DNA of 64,000 nucleotides, taken from the IMG/VR virus record IMGVR_UViG_3300021400_001580, positions 1 through 64,000 of that record; one strand, written 5' to 3'. Shown here piece by piece: positions 63,911 through 64,000 of the stretch (its first letter is position 1; each line of letters opens with the position of its first letter). The DNA comes from a virus. Its lineage: Duplodnaviria; Caudoviricetes. Both the position numbers and the translations under genes were made by a program. The notes under the pieces were generated by a model. That model was given only the letters and a program-made list of their open reading frames with translations, did no database searches and was not told the DNA's origin.

Positions 63911-64000
63911 TTAATCCTCCTTATGCGTCAAATCCCAAAGTATATCATACATTTCGAGTTTAAACCCCTCAGGCTGCTCTTCTAGCGGTAGCATCCACCA
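63911..64000 (-). CDS. C-terminal end of an unidentified protein (runs off the window)
   Basis: WWMLPLEEQPEGFKLEMYDILWDLTHKED-TAA, containing the RBS of NDT2. Confidence 0.45.
   Translation of the reverse strand, partial: WWMLPLEEQPEGFKLEMYDILWDLTHKED

Noticed and set aside
28925-64000. Suppressor tRNA or other tRNA/rRNA genes
   Set aside because: Intergenic gaps were inspected by eye and no cloverleaf with D-loop/T-loop consensus was found. A tRNAscan/Aragorn run is needed to exclude it formally.

Overview
64-kb segment of a large tailed phage (siphovirus-like, AT-rich, probably infecting an anaerobic gut Firmicute/Clostridia host) that reassigns the amber codon TAG to glutamine (genetic code 15). 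The supplied standard-code ORF track fragments many genes. Read by hand with TAG as a sense codon, 1-28.9 kb (+) is a contiguous virion module: scaffold, decoration protein, major capsid, neck proteins, two paralogous tail-tube genes, a ~4245-aa tape measure, Dit and a ~2098-aa Tal/tail-fibre protein. 28.9-64 kb (-) is an early/middle replication and nucleotide-metabolism block: RuvC-like resolvase, dUTPase, membrane-anchored GIY-YIG nuclease, FNT channel with nrdG/nrdD, DnaE, RecJ, primase, helicase, Sak4-like ATPase, SSB, type IIA topoisomerase A/B, two nucleoside deoxyribosyltransferases, an NCS2 nucleobase permease and many small Zn-ribbon ORFs. This block is driven by nine near-consensus sigma-A promoters and contains a clear iteron/AT-rich candidate origin at 59.3-59.5 kb. 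TAG use is strongly non-random. It is absent from high-copy virion proteins and from about 5,600 codons of core replication/metabolic enzymes. It is dense in low-copy virion proteins and present in all three stand-alone nucleases. No suppressor tRNA, release factor, lysis, terminase or portal gene was seen in this window. Product names come from motif recognition only; no database searches were run.
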